DNA of 64,000 nt from positions 384,001-448,000 of the forward strand of contig CBDCZH010000010.1 in NCBI GenBank assembly GCA_965224485.1. The letters run 5' to 3'. The notes under the pieces are model-generated. The model was not told where the DNA came from. It made no database searches and saw only the letters and a program-made list of their open reading frames with translations. Made by a program: the position numbers and the translations under genes. This stretch comes from Arcobacteraceae bacterium (GTDB taxonomy: Bacteria; Campylobacterota; Campylobacteria; Campylobacterales; Arcobacteraceae). Numbering within the stretch: position 1 is the stretch's first letter; every line of letters begins with the position of its first letter. Below, piece by piece: positions 1 to 9,772 of this stretch.

Positions 1-49
1 CTACTTGAGGTCTTGAGTTTGTGCCAAGTTTTGTGATTTTAAATTCCAT
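1..49 (-). CDS. 5' end of a gene running off the window edge (MEFKITKLGTNSRPQV...), product unknown
   Basis: ATG at 49-47 on the minus strand with an AAGGA RBS upstream; frame open to base 1. Confidence 0.55.
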   Translation of the reverse strand, partial: MEFKITKLGTNSRPQV

Positions 50-174
50 TATTATCCTTGTATATATAGTTCAATTAAAAGTTAAATATACATAATGAAA
101 ACTTTTTTATTGACTTTTTTTAAATTTAATATTAATTTTAGAGCTATTTTTAATAAAAAGTACAAAAGTACTTT

Positions 175-2049
175 TTATTTATAATTTTCTTTTTTATCAC
201 TAGTATCTAATTCTTGCCCAATTTCTTGGTATCTTTTGAAATAGTATTTAACAAAAGAGTTTATTTGTTTATTTACAGGTAAAAAGTATTTTTGCTGTTT
301 TACTGCATAAAGATTTAGAAATTCTAAAGCATCTTTTTTATCTAAATAGTGCTGTGCTAATTGAGTATATGTAGTGATATACCATTTCTTTAAATCTTCA
401 TATTTATCTAAAGATAAGTCAATCTTTAGGTTTTTTTCATCCCAAAGCAATATTTTTGAATCAAATAAAGCGCTTAAGTGAATTAAACCCTCACAATAAT
501 ATGGCTGAACTTCATCAACTTCCATCCATCCTATTAAGCTTATTGCTCTTTTAATAGTATCTATTAAAACTTGTGTGCTTAGGTGTTTTTCATCTTTTTG
601 CTCATCTAGAAAAAATGAAACTAAACCTCCCGTTGTTGCTTTAAACTCTTCAATATTTTTAAAGTTACCTGATTTATTCATTAGAGTTTCTGTTTCATCA
701 TCACACCATAAAATATGGCCATACTCATGTCCCACAGTGCTAATATCATAAACTTGATGCCAAGAAGATGTTTCTTTAAATAAAAACTCTCTATCTTGTG
801 TAAGTAAGTCTTTTGAAAATATTTCTGAAGATAGTTTTAAAAATGGTTTAGCTCTACTTGTTTGTAATATTTCATCAGCAAAAGCAAAAATCTTTTTTCC
901 TTCTTCTTTTGAAACTATTTCATCATTTGGTACAACTTGTGCTGAGAATAATCCGTTGAATTCAGCCCCAAAAAATATAGCTGGACGACCTATATATAAC
1001 TGTACTTTATCTAAAGATTTTAATGAGAAATTGTAAATACTTTGATATTTTTTATTTTCAGGAAAACTTGAAAAAATTTTAGCAAAAGAGTTTTTTATCT
1101 TATTTACTCTGTGGTCATTTTGTTCAAACTTTGGGTTTGTAAATCTAATATCCCACTCTAGGGCAACTGCTTTTCTAAAATGATCTTCATAATACTCTAA
1201 AGGATGTCCTATTTGAATAGGAGATTTTATTTTCATCCATGCTCTATCTACATCAGCCCATTTTGAAACTAAAAGATTAGTTTTATCCTCACTAAAAGCT
1301 TTAATAAGATTTTGAATATATAAAATATAGTTCCACTTTTGTTCATATATATTATCTTCTAGTTCTATTAAACTCTCTTCAAACTCTTCTAAAGCATCAA
1401 TAACAGCAGTTGTTTTTTCTTTAAAAACTTTGATATAAGCTTCACTTTTATATTGTCCTTCATGTTTAACTAAAGCAGAATATGATCTATCAGCTTGAAG
1501 TTCATTATGTCCTAAATCAAAAAGATTATTTTGCTCTAAATAAGAAAATACTTTTTCTTCATTATCATCAAATTTTTCTAATAAGTCTTTATTTACACCA
1601 TTTATAATATGCGCTGTCCATGAACTTTGCCATGAACTCATTTTAAGTCCTACATTATAAACACCTTGAAAAATAGCTGCGTAAAAAGGTGAAAGTAAGT
1701 TGTTATTTACTATATAATCAACAGTATTTTTATGTTTCTTATGCCAATACTCTTTTACAAAAAGATAAGCTTTTTCTTTTAAAAGTATTATTTCTTCATC
1801 ATCTTTTGGTAGTTTTTTAAGAACTTGACTTAAAGAATCATCTCTTAAATTAACTAATCTTGTTACAAGAGCAAAACGTAAATCTTCACTCATTTCAAGA
1901 TTTAATTTTTTTGCAAAATCATCAATTATTTTTAATTTATCAAACTCTTTATTTTCTAAATGTGATATCAATTTATTTATATTTTCTTTTTGTGTATTTA
2001 AAAAATCATATACTTTATAAGAATCATTTAAAAATTTATCTTTGCTCAT
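175..2049 (-). CDS. ciaB: Campylobacter invasion antigen B family protein
   Basis: 624 aa; QIGHPLEYYEDHFRKAVALEWD, FSAQVVPNDE, HEYGH zincin motif, NIEEFKAT. Confidence 0.9.
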   Translation of the reverse strand: MSKDKFLNDSYKVYDFLNTQKENINKLISHLENKEFDKLKIIDDFAKKLNLEMSEDLRFALVTRLVNLRDDSLSQVLKKLPKDDEEIILLKEKAYLFVKEYWHKKHKNTVDYIVNNNLLSPFYAAIFQGVYNVGLKMSSWQSSWTAHIINGVNKDLLEKFDDNEEKVFSYLEQNNLFDLGHNELQADRSYSALVKHEGQYKSEAYIKVFKEKTTAVIDALEEFEESLIELEDNIYEQKWNYILYIQNLIKAFSEDKTNLLVSKWADVDRAWMKIKSPIQIGHPLEYYEDHFRKAVALEWDIRFTNPKFEQNDHRVNKIKNSFAKIFSSFPENKKYQSIYNFSLKSLDKVQLYIGRPAIFFGAEFNGLFSAQVVPNDEIVSKEEGKKIFAFADEILQTSRAKPFLKLSSEIFSKDLLTQDREFLFKETSSWHQVYDISTVGHEYGHILWCDDETETLMNKSGNFKNIEEFKATTGGLVSFFLDEQKDEKHLSTQVLIDTIKRAISLIGWMEVDEVQPYYCEGLIHLSALFDSKILLWDEKNLKIDLSLDKYEDLKKWYITTYTQLAQHYLDKKDALEFLNLYAVKQQKYFLPVNKQINSFVKYYFKRYQEIGQELDTSDKKENYK

Positions 2050-2138
2050 GTTGAACCCTTATATATTTTATATTAGTAATTTCTAAGTCTATCTTTTTTA
2101 ATCTTGAAGAGTTATAAGAGAGCTTTGATTTTTAGAAA

Positions 2139-2165
2139 CTAGCACTTTTGCATACAAAGTGCTAA
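2139..2165 (+). promoter_or_regulatory. CIRCE-like inverted repeat (HrcA operator) upstream of htpG
   Basis: CTAGCACTT-N9-AAGTGCTAA versus consensus TTAGCACTC-N9-GAGTGCTAA; sits in front of a heat-shock gene. Confidence 0.75.
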
Positions 2166-2246
2166 TTTCTTTTTAAACTTTAGCCTACTTTTATAAAGAT
2201 ATGATAAAATCATCTTAATAAATATAAAAAATATAAGGAGAAATTT

Positions 2247-4151
2247 ATGGCAAAACATCAATTTCAAACAGAAGTAGGACAATTATTACATTTAATGACG
2301 CACTCTTTATACTCAAATAAAGAGATTTTTATAAGAGAGTTAGTATCAAATGCAAGTGATGCTATTGATAAGTTAAATTATTTAAAATTAACTGATGATA
2401 GTATTAAATCATCTTTACCTGACACTTGGAGTGGACAAGTTACAATCTCTTTTGATGAAGATGATAAATCTTTAACTATTATGGATAATGGTGTTGGTAT
2501 GAATGGTGAAGATTTAATATCTTCAATTGGTACAATCGCTAAATCAGGAACAAAATCATTTGTTGAAGCAATGACTGGTGATGCTAAAAAAGATTCTAAT
2601 TTAATTGGACAATTCGGTGTTGGTTTTTATTCTGTTTTTATGGTTGCATCTCATGTTGATGTAATTTCAAAAAAAGCTGGAGAAGAAGTAGCTTACAAAT
2701 GGTCAAGTGATGGTTCAGGTGAATTTGATTTAGATGAAGTTACTAAAGAAAGCGTTGGAACTGTTATTTATATTAAACTAAAAGATGAAGAAGCTGCTGA
2801 ATTTGCAACAAAAGAGCGAATTACAACTATTGTTACAAAATATTCAAATCATATTGCATATCCAATTTTCTTAGATTATAAAGAAGAAGTTACTGAAGAC
2901 TTAAGTGAAGAAGATACAAAAGCGGGAAAAGAAGCTAAAAAAACTATAGAAGATAAACATGAAAAAATAAATGAAGCTACAGCTTTATGGATGCAGCCAA
3001 AAGCTAAGCTTAAAAAAGATGAGTATAATGATTTTTATAAATCAATTTCTCATGATTCAAGTGATCCTATGCTTACAATTCATACAAAAGCAGAAGGTGT
3101 AAATGAGTATACAACTCTATTTTATGTTCCTTCAATTGCTCCTATGGATATGTATAGAGCTGATTACCAACCTGGTGTTAAACTTTATGTTAAAAGAGTA
3201 TTTATTACAGATTCTGAAAAAGAATTATTACCAACTTATTTAAGATTTGTAAGAGGTATTATTGATAGCGAAGATTTACCATTAAATGTATCTAGAGAAA
3301 TTTTACAAGAAAACAGAGTTATGGCAAATATTAAACAAAGTTCTGTTAAAAAAATTCTTGGTGAGATTAAGAAACTTTCTAAAAATGAAGAAAAATATGC
3401 TGCTTTTATTGCTCAATATAATAGAGCTTTAAAAGAGGGTGTTTATCAAGACTTTACAAATAAAGAAGCTATCTTAGAACTAGTAAGATATAAAACAACA
3501 AATGATGAAAAAATGACTTCATTAGCTTCTTATAAAGATAGAGCTAATACAGAGCAAAAAGCAATTTTTTATATAGTTGGAGAAAATGAAAAAGTTCTTA
3601 AGAACTCACCTTTACTTGAAGCTTATAAAAAGAATAATATTGAAGTTCTAATTTTAGATGATAAAGAAATTGATGAAATTATAACTCCTGCAATTGGAGC
3701 TTATAAAGAATGGACATTTAAAGATATTTCTTCTTGTGAAGCACCTGCTATTGAGCAAAGTGAAGAGAAGAAAAAAGAAGTAGAAGAAAAATTTCAAGAT
3801 ATAACTTCTAAAATTAAAGATATCTTAGGTGAGGCTGTTAGTGATGTTAGAGTTACAAATAGACTAAGTGAATCTCCTTCTTGTGTAGTTAAAGATGGAA
3901 ATGATCAAATGGCACAAATGGCACAAATGATGAAAGCAATGGGTCAAGAAATGCCAGATTCAGCTCCAATTTTAGAAATAAATCCAGAGCATGAAATAGT
4001 AACAAAACTTAATACTTCAAAAGATGATAAATTAGTTGATGATATTGCATGGTTATTATTAGACCAAGCTAAGTTAAGTGAAGGTATGGATATTACAGAT
4101 GCGGTAGCGTTTGCACAGCGTCTAAACCGAATAACAGCAAAAGCTTTATAA
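2247..4151 (+). CDS. htpG: Molecular chaperone Hsp90
   Basis: YSNKEIFIRELVSNASDA, IGQFGVGFYS, LPLNVSREILQ. Confidence 0.98.
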   Translation: MAKHQFQTEVGQLLHLMTHSLYSNKEIFIRELVSNASDAIDKLNYLKLTDDSIKSSLPDTWSGQVTISFDEDDKSLTIMDNGVGMNGEDLISSIGTIAKSGTKSFVEAMTGDAKKDSNLIGQFGVGFYSVFMVASHVDVISKKAGEEVAYKWSSDGSGEFDLDEVTKESVGTVIYIKLKDEEAAEFATKERITTIVTKYSNHIAYPIFLDYKEEVTEDLSEEDTKAGKEAKKTIEDKHEKINEATALWMQPKAKLKKDEYNDFYKSISHDSSDPMLTIHTKAEGVNEYTTLFYVPSIAPMDMYRADYQPGVKLYVKRVFITDSEKELLPTYLRFVRGIIDSEDLPLNVSREILQENRVMANIKQSSVKKILGEIKKLSKNEEKYAAFIAQYNRALKEGVYQDFTNKEAILELVRYKTTNDEKMTSLASYKDRANTEQKAIFYIVGENEKVLKNSPLLEAYKKNNIEVLILDDKEIDEIITPAIGAYKEWTFKDISSCEAPAIEQSEEKKKEVEEKFQDITSKIKDILGEAVSDVRVTNRLSESPSCVVKDGNDQMAQMAQMMKAMGQEMPDSAPILEINPEHEIVTKLNTSKDDKLVDDIAWLLLDQAKLSEGMDITDAVAFAQRLNRITAKAL

Positions 4152-4274
4152 AAAGAGCTATTTGCACGTATTTTCTGCGTTGGAGATAGTTTTGTGCTCA
4201 ATCACGCACTTATGTGTGCGCTCAATCACAAAAAACTATCTCCGCCTTGAAACTACATACAACTAGCTCTTTTA
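4150..4274. repeat. Long imperfect palindrome (REP/MITE-like) just after the htpG stop
   Basis: AAAAGAGCTA...GGAGATAGTTTTGTG / CACAAAAAACTATCTCC...TAGCTCTTTT arms around a central GCAC-TTAT-GTG hairpin. Confidence 0.7.
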
Positions 4275-4428
4275 GAGCCGGTTGTTATTTCTAATTCAAA
4301 ATGTAGGCTCAATCGTAAAAAACTTTGTCCGCTTTGAACCTAAACATAACTAGTTAATTTATAACAGTTGTGTTGTTCTTTTCTATTGCTCTTTTAGAGC
4401 TGCTTGTGTTGTTCTCTTCTATTAAAAA

Positions 4429-5544
4429 CGCCCATTCAACTTAGAAGTGCAACACTAACTATTAAATTATGCTGATAATTTCCTTTGTAAATTATTAAAA
4501 AATATCTCATTTGGAGTTTTATACTCAAGAATTTTTCTCGGTCTATTATTTAGACGATTTTGAATATGTATTATTTCTGTTCTTGATATTTTCTCAAACT
4601 CACTTTTCTTAGGAATATATTCTCTTATTAATCCATTAGTGTGCTCATTTAATCCTCTTTGCCAAGAAGAATATGGATCACAGAAAAAGAACTTAATATT
4701 TAGTTCTTTTGCTACTTCTTCATGAAAGGAGAACTCTTTTCCATTATCTGAAGTTATTGTATGAACTAGGCTTTTAATTGGTTTTAACATGTCTATAATA
4801 GCTTGTGTTACACCCGAAGCATGTTTAGATTCTACTTTTTTAATAAGAGTGAATTTACTGTTACAAGTGCACCTTTGTGATTTTTACCAATAACAGTATC
4901 AACTTCAAAGTCTCCAAATCTACTTTTTCTATCAACAAGAACTGAACGTTTATTGATATTAACTCTATTTTTAATTTGTCCTCTTGTTCTATAAAGTTCA
5001 GACCTATTTTTATATTTTTTGTTTTGATGCCTTAGCCATTTAAAGAGTTTACCACCATGCCTTTGGTTTTTATATATGTATCTGTATATAGTTTCATGGG
5101 AAATAATAACTATTTTATCTTTTTTAAGTCTTCCTGCTATTTGCTCTGGTGACCAATTATCTCTTAATCTTTTACCGATGAGTAATTTTATTTTATTGTT
5201 TAATTTTTTATTAGTTCTCTTATTTATATCTCTTGATGCTGATTGAATCTCAGCATACTCAGGGTTGTAATAACCGTTACTACTATTTCTTTTTAGTTCT
5301 CTTGAAATTGTAGACTTGTTAAAGTTTAATACTCTAGCTATTTTGCTTATTGAATAATTTTCTTGTTTGTAAGCAAAGATTTGATACCTTAAACCTAAGG
5401 TTAATTGTTTATACTTTTCACCCTCAAGGGGTACCCCGTCATTAAATGCTCCATTTATCGGTCAGGATAATAAGCTTTAATTGTATATCAACTAACCTTA
5501 CTATCTTGACTTATTAAACGTTGCACTTCTAATGTGAATCTACA
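4429..5544 (-). mobile_element. IS30-family insertion sequence (~1.1 kb), inactive
   Basis: 25-bp imperfect terminal IRs: CGCCCATTCAACTTAGAAGTGCAAC (4429-4453) and the reverse complement of 5520-5544, TGTAGATTCACATTAGAAGTGCAAC; transposase remnant inside. Confidence 0.88.
4467..5442 (-). pseudogene. IS30-family transposase pseudogene
   Basis: Hand translation gives YKQLT..STISRELKRN, WSPEQIAGRL, SHETIYRYIY, GDFEVDTVIG, then TSDNGKEF and WQRGLNEHTNGLIR in another frame; start codon out of frame and a deletion/frameshift near 4858. Confidence 0.9.
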
Positions 5545-5572
5545 AAATACACTCCTAAATCCTATTTAATTA

Positions 5573-5738
5573 TCCTTATATATGATATATCATAATTTCT
5601 AAGCAAGAATTAATTTTAAGAGTACAAAAAATGTCTTTATATATGATATATCCTAATTTTGAAGCAAAAATTAATTTAAAGAGTGCAATAATTGTCTTTA
5701 TATAGGATATATCATAATTTCAAAGAAAAAATTAATTT
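5573..5738. repeat. Three tandem imperfect 61-bp direct repeats (third one partial)
   Basis: Units start at 5573, 5634 and 5695; each carries a TATGATATATCATA-like palindrome followed by AATTAATTT. Confidence 0.85.
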
Positions 5739-5773
5739 ATATTTTAAAAATATATATTTGAGAAAGATTTAAA

Positions 5774-7339
5774 ATGAATAAAATATTATTATTTGTCCTA
5801 TTCCCTATAAGTATATATGCTAATAAAGATATTGATTTTTCTATATTTAATTATCCATGGATTGTGTCTTATTTCTTATTTTCTGTTTTTTTTACAACTT
5901 TTTTTATTTTTATACTTAAAAAATCTTCTTCTGTTCGTAGTATAATTATATTTTTAGAAAATAACTATAAATTTAATATATTAGCTCTTTCTACTAATTC
6001 TTCTAAACATAAAATTACTTTATTTAAAAGATTCATTGCAACTTCTTTAAATTATAGTATTGATAAAAAGTTAAGTAAAAAACAAATAAATTTTAGATTT
6101 TATCTTATAAGTAAGTATGAAAATAATTTATTTTTTTGTGAACATATAAGAAAAAAAGATTTAGAAAATGATTATTTTTGTAAGTTAAATTTAATTATAA
6201 AAAGAAGTAATGAAGTTTATCTTTTAAAAGTTCCTATCAACTTATTAATTAAAAATCTTTACCTTCTTTTCATGACTGTTACTTCTAAAATTAATATAAA
6301 TAATATTTTGCTTTTTCTGCTTTCATTTTTGACTATCTTATTATCCACTATATATCTAATTTGGTCAAGTTATTATATTAAAATTGTTCAGTTGTTAGGT
6401 ATTATTCCTAACTCAATGGATCTTGAAATGTATCCATTCTTAACATATTTATTTACAGATATCTTTTTCCTTGCAATCTTACCTATACTTGTATCTTTTT
6501 TATTTATTAGTGTTTTTTTTAACTTGATTCTAATGGTAGTATACTTTGTAGGTAGATTTATTTTAAAAAAGAAAGAAGATATATTCTATGATACATTATA
6601 TTCCTATTCTATAAAGTCGTTTTTTATAAATAGTTTTACATATTTTTTTCCTATATTATTAATAGTATGGTTTTTATTTAATATTCTTATTTCTTACTAT
6701 AAAATATCATATCCCAATAATCCATCAATTAACTTAGCTAATACTAAATTGTATATGTATGATTATTTAAAGTACAGCCAAAAGCTTAAAATAGTTAAAC
6801 TTAATACCGTAGATACCCTAATAGTTGGCAGTGATGAAAATTTCTTTCAATATATTGATATCAATAAAAATAAAAATGATTTTTTTTCAAAAGAAACAAA
6901 ATCTTTGAAAAATTGTAATTATATAATTAATAATATTAATTATTCAAAAGAAGAAGCAATAAAAAATAATGAACTTCTTTCTTTAAAATTTAAAAGTGTT
7001 TTGTTAAATAATAATATTATAAATACAAACTCAATTAAGAATTACAAAATAAGTAGTTTATTAAAATATGAAGAGAGAACAGTAGATTTTAAAAAAGATT
7101 TTTATATAAATGAAATTGTGTCAAAATGTGGAATATTAGTAGTATTAAACTTAAAAAATAAAAAAGAATTATTAAAAAAAGTCGAACTATTAAATAATAA
7201 TATGCCTATTTTAACTCTACCTAATAGTTTATTTATTAAAAAGTTAAATAGTGAGTTAGATAAAGAAAATAATAAATTTAAGGAAAAAAATAAGAAATAT
7301 ATTTTAGAATTCGAACTTGCAGAGAAAAAAAAATGCTGA
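5774..7339 (+). CDS. Hypothetical multi-pass membrane protein, very AT-rich
   Basis: 521-aa ORF with several hydrophobic segments and a soluble C-terminus; no recognisable motif. Confidence 0.65.
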   Translation: MNKILLFVLFPISIYANKDIDFSIFNYPWIVSYFLFSVFFTTFFIFILKKSSSVRSIIIFLENNYKFNILALSTNSSKHKITLFKRFIATSLNYSIDKKLSKKQINFRFYLISKYENNLFFCEHIRKKDLENDYFCKLNLIIKRSNEVYLLKVPINLLIKNLYLLFMTVTSKININNILLFLLSFLTILLSTIYLIWSSYYIKIVQLLGIIPNSMDLEMYPFLTYLFTDIFFLAILPILVSFLFISVFFNLILMVVYFVGRFILKKKEDIFYDTLYSYSIKSFFINSFTYFFPILLIVWFLFNILISYYKISYPNNPSINLANTKLYMYDYLKYSQKLKIVKLNTVDTLIVGSDENFFQYIDINKNKNDFFSKETKSLKNCNYIINNINYSKEEAIKNNELLSLKFKSVLLNNNIINTNSIKNYKISSLLKYEERTVDFKKDFYINEIVSKCGILVVLNLKNKKELLKKVELLNNNMPILTLPNSLFIKKLNSELDKENNKFKEKNKKYILEFELAEKKKC

Positions 7340-7518
7340 TTCATTAACAAGTTTCTTTAATAATAGATCATATGGTAGTTGGACTATAAATGATTTAGAA
7401 AAGTGGGCTAATAGCCTTGAACAAAATTCTACAAAAATTAAAATAAATAAATATATAGATGAATTTAAAAAATTAGAAACAACTGAAAAAAAATGATATA
7501 ATTAGTCACTAAAGGCAA

Positions 7519-7830
7519 ATGATGAATAACGAATTATTATCAAAAATTAAAATTGAGAAAGAAAAATACTTAAAAGATGGTTTTAACATCATTGGTGTAT
7601 TTGGTTCTTATGCTAAAAATTTGGAAACTAAAGATAGTGATATTGATTTGTTATATGATATAAATCCTATTTTTCTTAAAAAATATTCTGGTTTTGATGC
7701 TTTTTCTAAATTAAGTGATATTAAAAAATCTTTACAAAAAACGCTTAATCTTAAAGTTGATATTGCTACTATTGATAATAATAGTCGTACTTTTAAAGAA
7801 TTTGCTTTAAAAGATGCAATTTACCTATAA
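7519..7830 (+). CDS. Minimal nucleotidyltransferase (MNT/MntA-type antitoxin)
   Basis: GVFGSYAK..DSDIDLL motif, ~100 aa, KVD. Confidence 0.88.
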   Translation: MMNNELLSKIKIEKEKYLKDGFNIIGVFGSYAKNLETKDSDIDLLYDINPIFLKKYSGFDAFSKLSDIKKSLQKTLNLKVDIATIDNNSRTFKEFALKDAIYL

Positions 7831-7897
7831 CCATTAATTATATAATATTTCTTTAAGTTAAAGATATGCCTTATTCTGATACTTTACCTATAAAACT

Positions 7898-7972
7898 ACT
7901 TATGATATAAGAAACTTTATAGCTCATGATTATGAAGGTGTTAACTAGGCAATTATTGAAAATATACTACAA
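7898..7972 (+). pseudogene. Remnant of a HEPN/DUF86 (HepT-type) toxin
   Basis: Frame YDIRNFIAHDYEGVN*AIIENILQ contains the R-X4-H-X-Y motif; internal TAG at 7946-7948; 5' part missing. Confidence 0.75.
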
Positions 7973-8030
7973 ACTACAAACTACAAACTACAAACTACAA
8001 ACTACAAACTACAAACTACAAACTACAAAC
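7966..8030 (+). repeat. Heptamer VNTR (ACTACAA)x9
   Basis: Nine perfect copies plus AC, counted directly. Confidence 0.97.
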
Positions 8031-8116
8031 ACTAAAAAAACCATTTTGATAAATATCAAGCTTTAATTTACTTTATTTTGATATAGTAATTTTTAATTTT
8101 AATATGAAAGAATGAT

Positions 8117-8581
8117 ATGAAAAAAATTTTAATCTCTACTTTGGTTTTAGCATCTTTGTGTTTTGCTTCAACTGCTACAAAAACTGAACTTCCTCGTACT
8201 GTTGATCCAAAAGCACAGGTAAAAGCTGATAAACAGTTAAAAGTTCAAAATAAAGAAATTATTAGACTTGTTGTTGAAGCTGTTTCAAAAAAACTTCCTT
8301 TGTCAATTGATAAATATACACAACAAACAGGCATTAAAGCTGAAAACTTAACTCTTATTTCTACTTTTGAAATAAATACAGGTGCTAAGAGTGATGAGGC
8401 TGTAAGAATTGAAGACCAACCTCGAATGGCTAAGTTTATAGTTTCTGGTATTTGTCAAAGTTCTAAAAGATTTTTACAAAGTGATATTGATATACGTTAT
8501 GTATATAATAGTGCTAAAAGTAAAGCTTTACTTTTTAAGTTTGATGTTATAAAAGAGGATTGTAAAACTATTTGGAAATAA
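8117..8581 (+). CDS. Hypothetical exported protein
   Basis: Signal peptide MKKILISTLVLASLCFA; 154 aa. Confidence 0.75.
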   Translation: MKKILISTLVLASLCFASTATKTELPRTVDPKAQVKADKQLKVQNKEIIRLVVEAVSKKLPLSIDKYTQQTGIKAENLTLISTFEINTGAKSDEAVRIEDQPRMAKFIVSGICQSSKRFLQSDIDIRYVYNSAKSKALLFKFDVIKEDCKTIWK

Positions 8582-8593
8582 AACCCAAATAGT

Positions 8594-9073
8594 TTAAGAG
8601 TTTGTTGTATTTTGAGCTTCTAAAGAGTGAATTGAGTTCATTATTTGATTTGATAAATCTTTTGTAATTAAATTTTTCCAAACATCAATTTGTTTGTATT
8701 TTTGTTTATTGCAAACTTCTATCATTGCTACGTTAAAAAAGTTTCCCTCATTTATATCATTAATAAAAGGTTCAATTTGTACTTTTTTTTGTTTAATTAA
8801 TTCTAAGTGTTCATTTACAAAATTTTGTACTGCATCCATAGCTGCTTGTTTTTGTAACTCTTTTTCAAATATATCATCAGCTTCATCTAAGTCTTTTATA
8901 TCCATTATAAGCTCATATAGTGAGCTTAAAGCCTGTTCTAAATTAATCTCATAAGAGATATCGTTTTCTTCTGTTTTACTTATAATACTAGCCAAGGCTA
9001 CTTGATAATATAATTCATATAAAGAAACATTATTTATTAGGTTATTTCTTTCAAATTCTTCTTCTAAATTCAT
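8594..9073 (-). CDS. Hypothetical acidic protein
   Basis: 159-aa ORF with purine-rich RBS. Confidence 0.7.
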   Translation of the reverse strand: MNLEEEFERNNLINNVSLYELYYQVALASIISKTEENDISYEINLEQALSSLYELIMDIKDLDEADDIFEKELQKQAAMDAVQNFVNEHLELIKQKKVQIEPFINDINEGNFFNVAMIEVCNKQKYKQIDVWKNLITKDLSNQIMNSIHSLEAQNTTNS

Positions 9074-9205
9074 TTTAAGCTTCTTTTTTTTCTTAGTGTA
9101 ACTATATTATGTATAATTTTTAATAAAATTTAATAATTTATTTTAAAATTATTGTTTTTTTAATAAAATTCCTTTATAATTATAAAAATAATTAGGAGTA
9201 TTATT

Positions 9206-9769
9206 ATGGGATTTTTTAAGAAGATATTTTCTGCTATTGCTAAAGCTTCACAACCTATGTTTGTTTTGGACTCTTGTTACTTAAAGTTTTTATTAAATTC
9301 AGAAGAATATTATTCATATGAAGTTGATGATTATGATACTAAAACAAGGCACTCCCCTTATACTAGTGAAGCATATACACTAAATAATAGTGAATTTTTC
9401 CTAGAAGCTGTTAAGTTACAAAGAGATTCTTCGTGGAGAGGTCAGCCACGAAGTATATATGAAGGTTTTTTTAAAGAAGAGTTAAAAATAAAAAAGATGG
9501 AAATTTTAAAAAGAGAAGAGTTTGGTCATTATGAATTTACTACGTATAAAATAAATGACTCTTTTATTATCCATTTGATTTATATCTGGTCTGTTAAAAA
9601 AGACATTTTTATTTTTGATGCTAAAGGAAAACTTTTTACTGCTTTATTAAAACAGTTAAATGAAAGTTATGAATATGAGTATGATTCTTATGAGCTTGGT
9701 GAAATAAATTTTAATATTAGTATTGTTAAAACTAATGCTTTAAAATCATATTTTGGAAGTGATGATTAA
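9206..9769 (+). CDS. Hypothetical protein, paralog of the next gene
   Basis: AGGAG RBS; shares W.G..FKE..K.K.M and TY.IND.F..D..GKL with 9773-10390. Confidence 0.75.
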   Translation: MGFFKKIFSAIAKASQPMFVLDSCYLKFLLNSEEYYSYEVDDYDTKTRHSPYTSEAYTLNNSEFFLEAVKLQRDSSWRGQPRSIYEGFFKEELKIKKMEILKREEFGHYEFTTYKINDSFIIHLIYIWSVKKDIFIFDAKGKLFTALLKQLNESYEYEYDSYELGEINFNISIVKTNALKSYFGSDD

Positions 9770-9772
9770 AAT

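Noticed and set aside
3904..3930. CAAATGGCA repeats inside htpG
   Set aside because: They encode the QMAQMAQM low-complexity stretch of the HtpG C-terminal domain
5573..5738. CRISPR array
   Set aside because: Whole 61-bp units are similar, there are no unique spacers, and no cas genes are in the window
7366..7495. Start-less open frame (RSYGSWTINDLEKWANSLEQ...)
   Set aside because: Looks like a gene remnant but is too short to assign
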